Positions 18,063 through 28,939 of a stretch of DNA of 64,000 nucleotides are shown piece after piece. The position numbers and the translations under genes are program-made. The DNA comes from a virus. Every line of letters starts with the position of its first letter. Within the stretch, counting starts at the first letter, position 1. Under the pieces are notes generated by a model, which saw only the letters and a list, made by a program, of their open reading frames with translations, was not told where the DNA came from and did no database searches. The stretch lies in the IMG/VR virus record IMGVR_UViG_3300036771_000101, positions 21,023-85,022 of that record. One strand, 5' to 3'.

Positions 18063-21000
18063 CCCAACGTCTCGCTCCTGATGCTCTTCTACTCCAGACC
18101 AACCTCGTTGGGGCTGTTGGCGCCATCCAGGACGACCCGGACTCTCCTGACGCCAGTTGGCTCACGGCGAGCTCCACCACCGCTGCGTCGATTCTGCGGG
18201 TCTCCTTCCCGACGCCCACGGGATCGCTACCGCAGGGTGCGGGTTTGCAGGAGTTCCGGGTCTGGGTCCGTAAGACGAGCGCTTCGGGTACGCCGACCAC
18301 GACGATCGAGTTGTGGGAGAACGGCACGCTGAAGTCGACGCTGCTGGCAGCGACCAACATCACTTCAACTACCGGACAGCTTCTCTCGGCCACATGGAAC
18401 TCGTCGTCTCTGACGACTGCCGACGGTTCGCTGGTTGAGTGCCGCCTCACGGGCACTGTCGGAGGTTCGGGTGGTAACCGGGCCACGATGGAAGTTGGAG
18501 CCGTCGAGTGGAACGCCACCACCGGCATCTACTCGGTCTCGATCTCCGATTCACTGACTGAAGCGGACACGGTTGCCAGTTCTGTATATCTCTCGCCGTC
18601 GATCTCCGAGACGGACACTACCGCCGACACTGTCGCCACTGTCATCTCTCGCATCAGGACAGCGGCTGACGCTCTCGTTCTCACCGATGTGGCAACGAAC
18701 CCTCTTCTCTCCGTAGAACTGTGGGAGAACGGCGCCTTCGTTGCGTCCCTCGGTCAGTACAACATTTCCGACGGGGTTCTCTCCGTCACCTGGAACGCTT
18801 CGCTGCTCTCCCAAGCCAGCGGAGCGGGAGTCGAGCTCCGTCTCGTTCCGCTCTACGCGGCTGTTGATCTCGGAGCCGTCGAATGGAACGTGACACGGGC
18901 GTATAGCGGTGACTTCGCTCGCCAACAACACGTCGTTACACGCACCTGTTCTGACTCCGTAACACTGACCGGCACGGTTGGTGGTGCTGCCCAGTTCGCC
19001 ACCGCCACGGACACGGTTACTACTGCCGATGCGAACACGCAGCGACGCAATACTCTCGCTCGACCAATCAGCGAGACCGTCGCCGAAGCTGACGCCGTCA
19101 GCCGCGATTACGACCCGAAGCGTGCAACGTCTGATACCGAAACGACCGTTGATACGGTTGCACGTGGAGTGTCCTTCGCCCGAGGGCCAGCCGATACCAT
19201 CACAACTGGCGACACCGGTACCCGAGCCAACGGTTTGCAGCGCCCAACGACAGAGACGACCACCGACGCGGACACGAACATCCGTGACTACGACCCGAAA
19301 CGCTCACTGTCTGACACGCTGTCCCTCACAGATACAGTCACTCGTTCCGAACCTGCAAGCAGAACGGGTGCAGACACGTGCACCTTCGCCGACACCGCGA
19401 CTCGCTCGATCGGGCTGCAACGCACCGGATCGGAGACGCTCACCACCTCGGATTCGGCCGCAACATCGACCGTTCGCCACTACGCCCGTGCCGTAAGCGA
19501 AGTTCTCGCCGAAGCGGAAGCTCTTCTCCGGTCAGAGTCTCTGGCTCGCGGTCCGCCGGAGACCTGCACTACCTCAGATTCGGTAACGAGATCCGAACCG
19601 CAGGCCCGTCCCGTCTCGGAAACGCTCACCACTTCTGATTCTGGGGCAGCCTCACGGCATGATACGCGTGCTACCGCCGATACTGAGACCACTGGCGAGA
19701 CAGTGGTTCGCTCGGAGGTGCTGGGGCGCAGCAACGCAGATACGTGCACCACCTCTGACTCTGGGTCCGGGTCTTCGACGCGGCCGCGTGCTATCTCCGA
19801 TACTGAGACAACCACCGACACCGTCACTCGGTCGGTGTCCGAACCGCGGTCGAGCTCGGACACTGAAACGACATCGGATTCGGCTGCTGTCAGCCGTGCG
19901 CTTGGCAGACCGACCAGCGATACGGCTGGCCTAGCTGACACGGCGACACGCAGCGACACGCTGAGTCGTTCGAATAGCGATACATGCGGAGTGGCAGAAA
20001 CGTGTGCTCGGTCCTCTGCCGATGCCCGTCCACTCAGCGACACGGTGGGTCTGGCGGACACGGTATCGAGAACGGCGATCAGACCTCGGTCAATCTCCGA
20101 TTCGGTCACGCTGACCGATACGGCGGCGCGGTCGCTGGTTCGGTCAGCAGCAATCAGCGACACGCTCACCACTGCGGAAACCGTCACCCGAGGGGTGTCG
20201 GAGCACAGATCACCCAGCGACACGGTGACTGACGCCGATTCCGTCACTCGGGGTGAGACAACCAACCGGACGAGCTCCGACACGATCACTCTGACTGACA
20301 CGGTCGCTCGCGGCATGAGTCTCACTCGCACAGCCAGCGACACGGTGACGCTCACTGATTCGGTGACCACGGCGAGCCGGGGTGCGAGTCGGGCTATCTC
20401 GGAGACGGTCACCACGGTCGAAACGGTTGTGCGGTCTGTTGGTCAGGCCCGTGCCCCTCCAGAAACCGTCACGAGCGGGGATGCGACAACCCGAACCGAG
20501 TCGCTAGCACGGACTGGCTCCGACACGTGGTCGACGTCGGAAACAACGTCGACGCCGTCAGTGACGCGCTCGGGCGCCGACACGCTGACAACGACTGACA
20601 CGGCAGATCGAAGCACGGCCGAGAGCCGTTCTGGAACCGAAAGCCTGGTGACGAGCGACACGATCGTTCGGTCGCTCACCGACGCGCGTACGGGCTCCGA
20701 CGGTCTGGGCCTGGCAGACACGGTCACTGCGTCGAGCTCAACAACCCGGACCGCTTCTGATTCGCTCACGGAGACCGAGACGGTCCTCCGAGGTGAATCT
20801 CTTGCTCGGTCGCCATCGGAAACCTGCACGCTGACCGATGCAGGCTCGGTTACGGCGACACGACCGCGGGTCATCTCCGACACGCTCACCGAAACCGAAA
20901 CGGTCGTTCGGACAGAAGATCTTGCTCGGACGGGTTCTGATTCCACGACGAGCTCTGATTCGGGATCTGGGTACTCCACCCGACCCAGATCCACTTCCGA

Positions 21001-21586
21001 GACACTCACGCTCACCGAGACGGCAGGACGGGCTCTCTCTGAGTCTCGGACGATCAGCGATACCCGTGTGCAGAGCGACACGAGTGCTTCCTCGACTGCT
21101 CCTCATCGAACCGCATCAGAAACTGAGAGCACCGCGGACGCCGTTGCTTCCGCACGGGTTGCATCCAAGACTGTTTCCGATACGTGCACTCTTGCCGAGA
21201 CGGCAACGCGGGTTCTTGTCGGGTCTCGGACCATCTCCGATACCCGTGTGCAGAGCGACACGATCAGTCGCTCCGAAGCTCTCCACCGGACCGCATCCGA
21301 CACGGAGAGCACAGCGGACGCAGTCGTTTTCAGTCGTGTCGTTGGGTTCTCTGGAACGTCAGCCGGTGTTTCCGGCGTTCCGAACGCCACGCTGACGGTT
21401 CAGAACCTCCGAGGGTCGACAGCGGGGACTTCAACGGTCAGTGGATCTCTCCGGATGATCTGGGGGCTCTCTCTCCTCTATGAAGGAGAGAGCAGCTACC
21501 TTGTTCTTGATCCAGTAGTTGCTGCAATTCCATTGCCGCCGTCCATGGTGATCACCGGTAGTGGACGAACGAGAGTGAGGGCCTAA
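18059..21586 (+). CDS. Long Ser/Thr-rich repetitive fibre protein (1175 aa)
   Basis: About 40 tandem 20-aa units (S-D/E-T-x-T-x-x-D/E-T/S-x-x-R-x-x-x-x-x-R); two copies of ELWENG...SxTWNxS.L..A.G..VE.RL...GAVEWN. Confidence 0.8.
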   Translation: MTQRLAPDALLLQTNLVGAVGAIQDDPDSPDASWLTASSTTAASILRVSFPTPTGSLPQGAGLQEFRVWVRKTSASGTPTTTIELWENGTLKSTLLAATNITSTTGQLLSATWNSSSLTTADGSLVECRLTGTVGGSGGNRATMEVGAVEWNATTGIYSVSISDSLTEADTVASSVYLSPSISETDTTADTVATVISRIRTAADALVLTDVATNPLLSVELWENGAFVASLGQYNISDGVLSVTWNASLLSQASGAGVELRLVPLYAAVDLGAVEWNVTRAYSGDFARQQHVVTRTCSDSVTLTGTVGGAAQFATATDTVTTADANTQRRNTLARPISETVAEADAVSRDYDPKRATSDTETTVDTVARGVSFARGPADTITTGDTGTRANGLQRPTTETTTDADTNIRDYDPKRSLSDTLSLTDTVTRSEPASRTGADTCTFADTATRSIGLQRTGSETLTTSDSAATSTVRHYARAVSEVLAEAEALLRSESLARGPPETCTTSDSVTRSEPQARPVSETLTTSDSGAASRHDTRATADTETTGETVVRSEVLGRSNADTCTTSDSGSGSSTRPRAISDTETTTDTVTRSVSEPRSSSDTETTSDSAAVSRALGRPTSDTAGLADTATRSDTLSRSNSDTCGVAETCARSSADARPLSDTVGLADTVSRTAIRPRSISDSVTLTDTAARSLVRSAAISDTLTTAETVTRGVSEHRSPSDTVTDADSVTRGETTNRTSSDTITLTDTVARGMSLTRTASDTVTLTDSVTTASRGASRAISETVTTVETVVRSVGQARAPPETVTSGDATTRTESLARTGSDTWSTSETTSTPSVTRSGADTLTTTDTADRSTAESRSGTESLVTSDTIVRSLTDARTGSDGLGLADTVTASSSTTRTASDSLTETETVLRGESLARSPSETCTLTDAGSVTATRPRVISDTLTETETVVRTEDLARTGSDSTTSSDSGSGYSTRPRSTSETLTLTETAGRALSESRTISDTRVQSDTSASSTAPHRTASETESTADAVASARVASKTVSDTCTLAETATRVLVGSRTISDTRVQSDTISRSEALHRTASDTESTADAVVFSRVVGFSGTSAGVSGVPNATLTVQNLRGSTAGTSTVSGSLRMIWGLSLLYEGESSYLVLDPVVAAIPLPPSMVITGSGRTRVRA

Positions 21587-21768
21587 TGACAGACACACCC
21601 GTCCCTGACGAAATCACTACGTTGACGCAACGCGTCGCTGATCTTGAAGCGGTGATCGCTCAGCTGATGGCGGATCCACGAGTTGGACGCCGGGTTCTGA
21701 GAGATGCGCAGGGGAACGCGCAGGTGAGTCGGATCGTACAGCGGGCTGGCGAGACGCCGCCCGGTTGA
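21586..21768 (+). CDS. Small coiled-coil protein
   Basis: TAATG coupling; LTQRVADLEAVIAQL heptads. Confidence 0.55.
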   Translation: MTDTPVPDEITTLTQRVADLEAVIAQLMADPRVGRRVLRDAQGNAQVSRIVQRAGETPPG

Positions 21769-21779
21769 GGAGATAGTTC

Positions 21780-24314
21780 GTGGCGCCAGTTCTGCGGGGT
21801 CGTGCTGTTGCGGCCACCGATTCAAACTTTTCCAGCACGGTCACGGTCCCGCTCAGTTCGTTGGCGCCGTCGGCGGCGCAGGTTGGCGACGTGATGGTGA
21901 TGTTCGTCTGGCAGCCGGGGACCGTGTCAACCATCACCATCCCGACTGGCTGGACGCAGGACATTGCCTACCCTTTGTCGGGCAGCAGTCTCGTTGTGGC
22001 GCACCGGGTCAAGCAGGCGGGTGACCCGAGCTCCTGGACGGTAACCGGAATTGAACACACGGCCACCAACCAAGTCACCTACGGCATGTGGGCGTACAGC
22101 GGAGCGTCAGACAGTTTCTACGGCGTGTACGCCCAGGGCGGCACGGACACTTCACTGGAGACGTACAGCGTCAACACGCTCGCCGACATGGCGGTTGTCA
22201 CGTGGCTCTCCGCTGAGGACGGCGATAACCCCGCCGCGAGGATCAACCTCCCTTCGGAGCTCACCCCGCGACTGAACAACATCACCTACGTCGCGTTCGG
22301 CGACGCCGAGGTGTATGTCCCGGGCGGAACGACCGTTGGACCGTACACGGCGACGAGGAGCGGGGCGTGGTCCGCTCCATGGGCCTACTTCATGATCCTC
22401 ATGGATGGGATCCACCCGCCGCCCATGAACGACAACTGGGCCAACGCAACGGATCTCGGTCGGGCTGTCTCCGGATCGTTCTCCGGCACCACGAAGGGCG
22501 CCACGTCGGAAGACGTCGAAGACACGATCTTCACGGATGCCAGCGTCTGGTACGGCTGGACAGCCCCCGACCGTGGAGTGCTGACGCTTACCCCGGAACC
22601 GAACTACGGCCAGCTCGATGTGTGGATCGGATCACCACTGGCGCAGACATGGAACGTTTTCGACACTGCCGACGTCGCCGTCGGGGATGGCTCTTATCGG
22701 CTAGCAGTCTCTGTGTTCGCTGGGGTCCATTACTGGATACGAGTATCCGACTCCGCGGACTTCACCGTGAACTGGACCTTCGAGGACTTCCCGGTTGGTT
22801 GCGTGCCAGCCGAAGAATGGATCGCAGCCGGGTTCGTTCGTCGCTACATGACAGACGACCAGTACGCCGATCTCTACCGCGGTTTGAAGGTAGCTCCAGA
22901 CTTTGCTACTGCACTGATCACCACGGACCACGCCACGTTCAGTCCGCTGACGCTTCCGATCACGGGTGATTGGACATCGACCAACTTCATTGTCAGCGAC
23001 GGTCCCTGCGCAGCTATCGGAGGGTGGATCTTCCCCGGCGAGAACCACGGTCTTGCTTCGGCTGGTCTCGTCATCACCAACGACGCGGGGCGCACCTGGA
23101 AATACCCGAGCAGCGTTTTCTTACACGACCACGATCAGCATCCCGACCCGACTGATCCCAACGATCACGACGTCTTCATCGACTATGACAAATGGACCGA
23201 CCAGGGAGCCGTGGGCAACGGTCGGATGGTCGTGATCGGCTACGTGACCCATCCAGACTCGGTTCTCGATGAGACGGGGGCGTCCGCGGCGTTCTTCGGT
23301 GATTCGGCACCTCGGGTTATCAGTGCTCCGAGCGACGATCTCTCGACGTGGGGGACGGCGTCGATCTCTTATCTCACGGCAACGCCGCTGACCCATCATT
23401 ACGATTCGATCTACCCGGGTGGAGATGAGTTTCCGTTTGGGCTTCAACCACACTTCGTTATGTTGGCGTTCGCTGGGGGCTACTTCTTCGTTGTGGCCGA
23501 ACCTGATCTCATTGGTGGGCTCTACGGGGAAGACCCGCCGGGTTACACAGCACCCGACGAGCTCGCCCACATGTGGCGAAGCCTTGATGGCATCACCTGG
23601 ATTGAAACTGGGCGACTTCCGGAGACAAATTCGGCGCTGCGGGCGATCGCCAGCGACGGTACGAAATGGATCGGTTCGGGTTTCTGGTACGACAATCCTC
23701 CCTACGGAGGAAGTTACAGTTTCAACCGAAGCGGTCCCAGTCACGGTCACCCCTTTGGAGGCACGCGACACAAGGCCATGTGGAGATCGTTGGATGCCGG
23801 GAATACCTGGGTCATCGTCGCTGACGACCTTTCTGAGCATCTCAATCCGATCGTCTGCGACCATGGGGTTTGGTTGGCAGCTGGTAGTACCGGGCTCCAC
23901 CGCAGCGACGATGGTGAAACTTGGACACTCGTGCGAACGCTTTACAACATTTCGGATATCTACTGGGACGGTGATCGCTGGTGGGTGAGCCGGGGCGGTG
24001 TCGACGCCGTCGCCACTGTTTGGACCGGATCTTCAGATGGTCTGACGTGGACTCCGATCACCACCAATTTTGACGATGGGCAGGCGTTCGGAAGTTTCTT
24101 CAGTCGCGGCTACTGCATCGGGGTTCGGAAGGTCGTTCCTGTGTATGTCCCGCCGAACCGCACTCCTCGCGCCGATATCCCGGTGCAGCAAGTCGAACTT
24201 CATCTTCCCTCGGGGCGGGGGAGTCCACGCACTCGCGTGAAGGTTGGTAGCGACAGCATCATCCAGATGACATCACGAGATCCGCAACCGCCTACTTCTG
24301 GATCGCCAACATGA
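21780..24314 (+). CDS. Multidomain virion/receptor-binding protein with BNR/Asp-box propeller
   Basis: NDNWANATDL...SVWYGWTAP domain; Asp-boxes TNDAGRTW, WRSLDGITW, WRSLDAGNTW, RSDDGETW, SSDGLTW. Confidence 0.7.
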   Translation: MAPVLRGRAVAATDSNFSSTVTVPLSSLAPSAAQVGDVMVMFVWQPGTVSTITIPTGWTQDIAYPLSGSSLVVAHRVKQAGDPSSWTVTGIEHTATNQVTYGMWAYSGASDSFYGVYAQGGTDTSLETYSVNTLADMAVVTWLSAEDGDNPAARINLPSELTPRLNNITYVAFGDAEVYVPGGTTVGPYTATRSGAWSAPWAYFMILMDGIHPPPMNDNWANATDLGRAVSGSFSGTTKGATSEDVEDTIFTDASVWYGWTAPDRGVLTLTPEPNYGQLDVWIGSPLAQTWNVFDTADVAVGDGSYRLAVSVFAGVHYWIRVSDSADFTVNWTFEDFPVGCVPAEEWIAAGFVRRYMTDDQYADLYRGLKVAPDFATALITTDHATFSPLTLPITGDWTSTNFIVSDGPCAAIGGWIFPGENHGLASAGLVITNDAGRTWKYPSSVFLHDHDQHPDPTDPNDHDVFIDYDKWTDQGAVGNGRMVVIGYVTHPDSVLDETGASAAFFGDSAPRVISAPSDDLSTWGTASISYLTATPLTHHYDSIYPGGDEFPFGLQPHFVMLAFAGGYFFVVAEPDLIGGLYGEDPPGYTAPDELAHMWRSLDGITWIETGRLPETNSALRAIASDGTKWIGSGFWYDNPPYGGSYSFNRSGPSHGHPFGGTRHKAMWRSLDAGNTWVIVADDLSEHLNPIVCDHGVWLAAGSTGLHRSDDGETWTLVRTLYNISDIYWDGDRWWVSRGGVDAVATVWTGSSDGLTWTPITTNFDDGQAFGSFFSRGYCIGVRKVVPVYVPPNRTPRADIPVQQVELHLPSGRGSPRTRVKVGSDSIIQMTSRDPQPPTSGSPT

Positions 24315-26980
24315 CAACAACCCATACCGTCGGTGAGCAGAACATCAGCGGATACGTGAATCTTACGGTTGAAGGGACTACTGGGTTCCCTGCGTCTGGC
24401 TGGTTGAAGATCGGTGCTTCGCTGTACAGCTACAACGGCAAATCCTCGTATCAACTGTTGCAGGTGACCGGTCCTCAGTGGCAGTTCGACTCCGGAACCG
24501 AGGTGACGCTGTATAGGTCGGCGCTGGCTCCGCCGGTCATCGTTGGCGAGTTTCGCAACGAGGGGGTCGGGAGTGTCGCCACATTGGACGTGACTGGCGC
24601 TGTTGGAGATGTCGTAGGTCTCTGCCTGGTGGTACCAGAGCGGTCAATTACGTATCTCACGCACCAGAGCCCACCGACTCGCTATTGGACTCAGAGCGTC
24701 GGTGGCTGGACTCATGCTAGCGGCACCAATCCCGTGCGCGGCTACCATAGTTGGTACCGGTTCATGACTGACAAAACCCAAACGTTCCAATGGACGTTTG
24801 ATCAGTCGTTCGCATGGGAGTTCGCGGGAGCAACTTTCCAGCTGGCGGAAGACCCAGGGCATCTCGCCGGGTCAGTAGCAAACTCATCTGCGACTGATGG
24901 CACTATTGCCTTTGGCTACAATCAGCTGGTCAATTTCCCGCCAGAATCGGTTATGGTCGATGTGCTGGGAGGGAAGAGCTCTGGATCTACGATCACTGCT
25001 CCAGATCCCGATCCGGGTCTCTACACGTCGTTTCGTCCCTACGGCGAGTTCCCGATGTGGGCAGGGGGTGGCGGTGGAACGCCTGCATACCCCGCCGATC
25101 TGCGGCCCTACTACAATTCGGTTGCTTCGGTGCAAGCGGGGGACTTACTGCTGTTACAGGCATGGTCTGCTACGGGCGGGTCAACACCGCTTCTTGCGGG
25201 CTGGACTTCGTTGTTCACTGCCAGTGACCCACAATGTCGGTTGTCGTACCGGGTCTGGCAAGAAGGTGATCCCACGACGATTGCAGGGGCGGGCGACCTG
25301 TTCTACTTCTATATCTTTCGAGGAGTAAGCCAGTCGTCGCCGATCGAGGCATTTTCATCCTCCGGTTCAGTTGGAGCGACTGACGACAGCCTTTGGGTGG
25401 CACTTTTTTTCTTGACGACAGTATCTACCTCGTACTACATCGATAGTCCCTCAGGGAGATCAGGTAATCCGTGGGGGTTCGCTGAACGTGCAGGTATCAA
25501 CTCGTACGGTACGAACAAAATGGGTCTCGCTGATCAACCCGTCGAAGCCGGGACGTACAATCAACTTGTTTGGACGTGGGGCAACGGGAACCCTATGTCG
25601 TCGCTGGGGACGTTTGCTCAAGCTGCGGTTATGCTTCGGCCAGCAACGCCACCTTCAGCGCACGGAACGCTCAAGAAGACCCCAGCGTTTTTCACGCGTA
25701 CGGAGCCGGGGGGATTGTGGACCCCGTACAGCTATACGAGCAGCGACCGAGGTACGTGGTTTGTCTCGCAAAGTATCCTGTCGGCGCCTCCTCCAGAGGA
25801 GGCTTACGGCGATTTCCTGTCAGCAGCAAATGCCACGATTGCCATTGCCGTAGCAGGACTTGAGAACTATCACGGGGGCAGTCCTCAGGATGGAACGCTG
25901 AGGGAGGAATGGCTTGCTCTCTACCCGGAAGATGCTCGCCCGTTCCTCGCCGCGTTTCCCGATAGTCCGGTTCCCGAGAATGTTTCGTCCATCATCTATC
26001 TGAACGACAACGGCGACACCGTAGCTGTCCATCCGTACAGCCGGGGCCGAGACACATGGGGATACGGCCCGGTGTTCAGCCCGGACGGCTCAACTCTTGT
26101 CGTCTCAGGGTGGTTCAGCGACACCGACTTCTACTGTTTCGGTCTGGACGGCACTGCGCTCTGGCAAACCTCCAACTATGGAGTTGATACGCCGCCGTGT
26201 TTTTCGGCCGACGGGACGGTGCTCTACGCGTTCAGCACTTGGGGTCCCGAGAACACGCTGCTCACGATCGACGCGGCGACTGGTGATCTACTCGACTCGA
26301 AAGCGCTGAGCGATCAGGGTCAGTGGCCTCCGTGGAACCCGCGTTTCATGCCTGACGGCACGCACCTCATTGGAGCGGTGTACGACAATGATGAGCCGAT
26401 TGGGATTTACACGATAGAGATCGCAACCGGAGCGTACGAACCGTGGTTGTTGTGGGACGACGTTGTAGGCGACTTGCCGTTCCCTGTTTCGTCTGGGGAG
26501 TGGGGGCTTGACGTTCATCCGGGTGGTGAAGGTTTCGTTGTAGCTGTTCGTGGCAATTCGTCTCGTCGTTCGTTTGAGACGATGCTGATCGAGGTTGGCT
26601 GGGACAAGTCGATTCAGAACACTTACCGGATGGGGGACTGGGCGTTTACTTCCGGGTTCCCTCCGGGGATGATCGAGCTCTGCTACTCGCGAGATGGCAA
26701 TTACATCTACACGACGGATGATCTTGGGTGGCTCGTCATGCGGTTCACTCGGGGACCGGGGAGTGTCGGTGGCGAGCTCCCCTTCATGAATCTCCAATAC
26801 GTTTCGCGGGCCGATTGGGAAGCGGAAGGTTTCCCTCTGGATCTGGGTGATTTCTCGGAGACCGACGTTCGTGCTGCCTGGTTTCCCGGCACCACGGGGG
26901 TGGACACTCGGATCCCCTCTGTTGCACGTCCATCGAACGCGATCAGTCACTCCGTGGTGGGGGTGCGGGGCCGATGGTGA
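24311..26980 (+). CDS. Virion/receptor-binding protein with C-terminal WD40/TolB-like propeller
   Basis: Blade motifs FSPDGSTL, FSADGTVLY, FMPDGTHL, VHPGGEGF, YSRDGNYIY. Confidence 0.65.
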   Translation: MTTTHTVGEQNISGYVNLTVEGTTGFPASGWLKIGASLYSYNGKSSYQLLQVTGPQWQFDSGTEVTLYRSALAPPVIVGEFRNEGVGSVATLDVTGAVGDVVGLCLVVPERSITYLTHQSPPTRYWTQSVGGWTHASGTNPVRGYHSWYRFMTDKTQTFQWTFDQSFAWEFAGATFQLAEDPGHLAGSVANSSATDGTIAFGYNQLVNFPPESVMVDVLGGKSSGSTITAPDPDPGLYTSFRPYGEFPMWAGGGGGTPAYPADLRPYYNSVASVQAGDLLLLQAWSATGGSTPLLAGWTSLFTASDPQCRLSYRVWQEGDPTTIAGAGDLFYFYIFRGVSQSSPIEAFSSSGSVGATDDSLWVALFFLTTVSTSYYIDSPSGRSGNPWGFAERAGINSYGTNKMGLADQPVEAGTYNQLVWTWGNGNPMSSLGTFAQAAVMLRPATPPSAHGTLKKTPAFFTRTEPGGLWTPYSYTSSDRGTWFVSQSILSAPPPEEAYGDFLSAANATIAIAVAGLENYHGGSPQDGTLREEWLALYPEDARPFLAAFPDSPVPENVSSIIYLNDNGDTVAVHPYSRGRDTWGYGPVFSPDGSTLVVSGWFSDTDFYCFGLDGTALWQTSNYGVDTPPCFSADGTVLYAFSTWGPENTLLTIDAATGDLLDSKALSDQGQWPPWNPRFMPDGTHLIGAVYDNDEPIGIYTIEIATGAYEPWLLWDDVVGDLPFPVSSGEWGLDVHPGGEGFVVAVRGNSSRRSFETMLIEVGWDKSIQNTYRMGDWAFTSGFPPGMIELCYSRDGNYIYTTDDLGWLVMRFTRGPGSVGGELPFMNLQYVSRADWEAEGFPLDLGDFSETDVRAAWFPGTTGVDTRIPSVARPSNAISHSVVGVRGRW

Positions 26981-27067
26981 CTTGGATCAGAAAGACCATG
27001 TGTCGATGAGCTCCGTAGGTGATCGAGGTGCTGGTCGCGCGGAGACGCGAGGTGAAAGAAGGAAGGT

Positions 27068-28432
27068 ATGGGCTTCACCCAACGGTACGGTCTGAAGAAG
27101 CTCAACGTTGGAGACAACCTCTCCGATGACAGCTACAAGTTCTCCGATGCCGACCGAGACACCGAAGATCTCCTCTTCTTCCTCGGGGTAGAGGGACACC
27201 ACCACACTGGCGGGGCTGGCTCAGGGAGCGCACCGACCAGCGGGCCGGGCCTGACTGTCGTGACGACGTCGGGTGTGATCCCTTCTGGTCGTAGGGTGTA
27301 CTACAAGTACACGCTCGTTGATCCTACGGGGGCGGAGAGCGGGTCTTCGCCAGAAGCGTTCGTTGATACCCCGGCGCAGATCCAGGCACCAGCGAAACCG
27401 ACACTGACGTTCGACACGACAGGTGGAGCGCTTCTCCCCGGGAACTACTACTACATCCTCTCGGCGTACTCCGGAACGGTCAGCAACTACGAAACTCCAG
27501 CGACGAACCCTGAATACATCTTCGTGTCGTCAACGACCGCGACGAACGTCATTACGGTTACACTCCCAGCGCTTCCCTCCGGGGCTACGGCCTTCAACGT
27601 GTATCGGCAGGCACCAGACGGTCCCGGATACTTCTTCCTGACATCGATCGACATGTCGGCGGCGACACCACCGACGCAGTTCATCGATGACGGATCGATC
27701 GCTCCGAACTGCGACCGGACCAGACCACTGACGAACACGTCGCGGCAGACCAACTCGATCATCATCACGCTGCCGACGACACTAACCACTGGCTGGTCGT
27801 GGCGGATCTACCGGACGTTCACCACCAACGACTACACCACCTCGCTGCTGACCACGCAGACCGTCTCGCCGTACACTGACACGGGTATTCCAACGACGTC
27901 GGGTCAACCGCCACTGCAAGGACTCAGCCCCGGGAACCCAGCCAGGGTGCAACTCACTGACATGGCTGAAGTCCAAGGGCGGCTTCCCATGTCCGGCGTG
28001 TCAGCGTTTCCGGAGGTCATCACGTTCACGATGGACGGCGACGTGTTCGCTCTGACCGGAACGAACGTGTGGGTCTGCGAACATCCTCAGGCGACGATCA
28101 TCGCTGTGCGGGCCTCGCTCGGTCGAGGGTACACGCCGACGAACCAGGATGTGATCGTCAACGTAAAGAAAGGCAGCGGAGCGACACCTGTGTTCTCGTC
28201 CATTTTCACCGCTGATGCTGACCGGCCACGGATCCCAGTTGGGTTGCAGATCGGGACCAGGATGCCGCCAACGGCCATCACTGAACTCGTGGAGGGCGAC
28301 TGCCTCACGGTCGATGTTGATCAGGCGGACACGGCCAGCCCACCCACGGATCAGGATCTCACCGTGTCGATCTGCATCTACTCTTACGGTTGGACTGACC
28401 CGACGAGCCATCCCTGGACGGTGTGGCCGTGA
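27068..28432 (+). CDS. Minor tail protein with Fn3/Ig-like repeats
   Basis: AGGAAGG SD; repeated YYYKYT/YYYILSA...E, NVYR/RIYR...F/Y.D.G strands. Confidence 0.7.
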   Translation: MGFTQRYGLKKLNVGDNLSDDSYKFSDADRDTEDLLFFLGVEGHHHTGGAGSGSAPTSGPGLTVVTTSGVIPSGRRVYYKYTLVDPTGAESGSSPEAFVDTPAQIQAPAKPTLTFDTTGGALLPGNYYYILSAYSGTVSNYETPATNPEYIFVSSTTATNVITVTLPALPSGATAFNVYRQAPDGPGYFFLTSIDMSAATPPTQFIDDGSIAPNCDRTRPLTNTSRQTNSIIITLPTTLTTGWSWRIYRTFTTNDYTTSLLTTQTVSPYTDTGIPTTSGQPPLQGLSPGNPARVQLTDMAEVQGRLPMSGVSAFPEVITFTMDGDVFALTGTNVWVCEHPQATIIAVRASLGRGYTPTNQDVIVNVKKGSGATPVFSSIFTADADRPRIPVGLQIGTRMPPTAITELVEGDCLTVDVDQADTASPPTDQDLTVSICIYSYGWTDPTSHPWTVWP

Positions 28433-28938
28433 CCATCCAAGACGATGCTCGGGCCATCCTCATCGACAGGTTCGCCAATGCTGGGGTGACTTTCACTGAT
28501 GAGGTTCTCGACGCGGTTCTGCTCAACATCCCTACGGATGGCCTGATCACGGCCGCTGCAGCCCGCGTGAGGTGGGAATGGTGGGATGGGGTATCGCCGG
28601 TCAACGGGGTTCCTGCCCAACGGGTGTTGCAGCAGTTCGAGATTCCTGATCGGGCGTTGCTGGTGTATGTAGACGACCAGCTGTTGTACTTCCAGCCTCA
28701 CGATCCGTCGGAGGACGGGATGGTGCCTCTTACGTCAGCGTCGGATGCCGTAGCAACGGCGTTTGCTGACACCGTTGTGCAGAGCCTTGCGCTTGAGGCG
28801 TTCACGGCCTTGGCCGGTATCCAGTTGCAGCAGGTAGCCGATCAGCAGGCAGCGCGAACTGGTGTGACACCGACGCCTGCTGATCAGTCCCCCGCTGCTG
28901 TGAGGCGACGTAGAACTACTTCGGCCTCGGGAGGTTGA
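28429..28938 (+). CDS. Hypothetical virion-region protein
   Basis: GTGA-coupled; WDGVSPVNGVPA motif. Confidence 0.6.
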   Translation: MTIQDDARAILIDRFANAGVTFTDEVLDAVLLNIPTDGLITAAAARVRWEWWDGVSPVNGVPAQRVLQQFEIPDRALLVYVDDQLLYFQPHDPSEDGMVPLTSASDAVATAFADTVVQSLALEAFTALAGIQLQQVADQQAARTGVTPTPADQSPAAVRRRRTTSASGG

Positions 28939-28939
28939 C

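Noticed and set aside
18900-21330. CRISPR-like or DGR-like DNA repeats
   Set aside because: The repeats are degenerate, in-frame protein repeats; no reverse transcriptase or adenine-specific TR/VR pair was seen.
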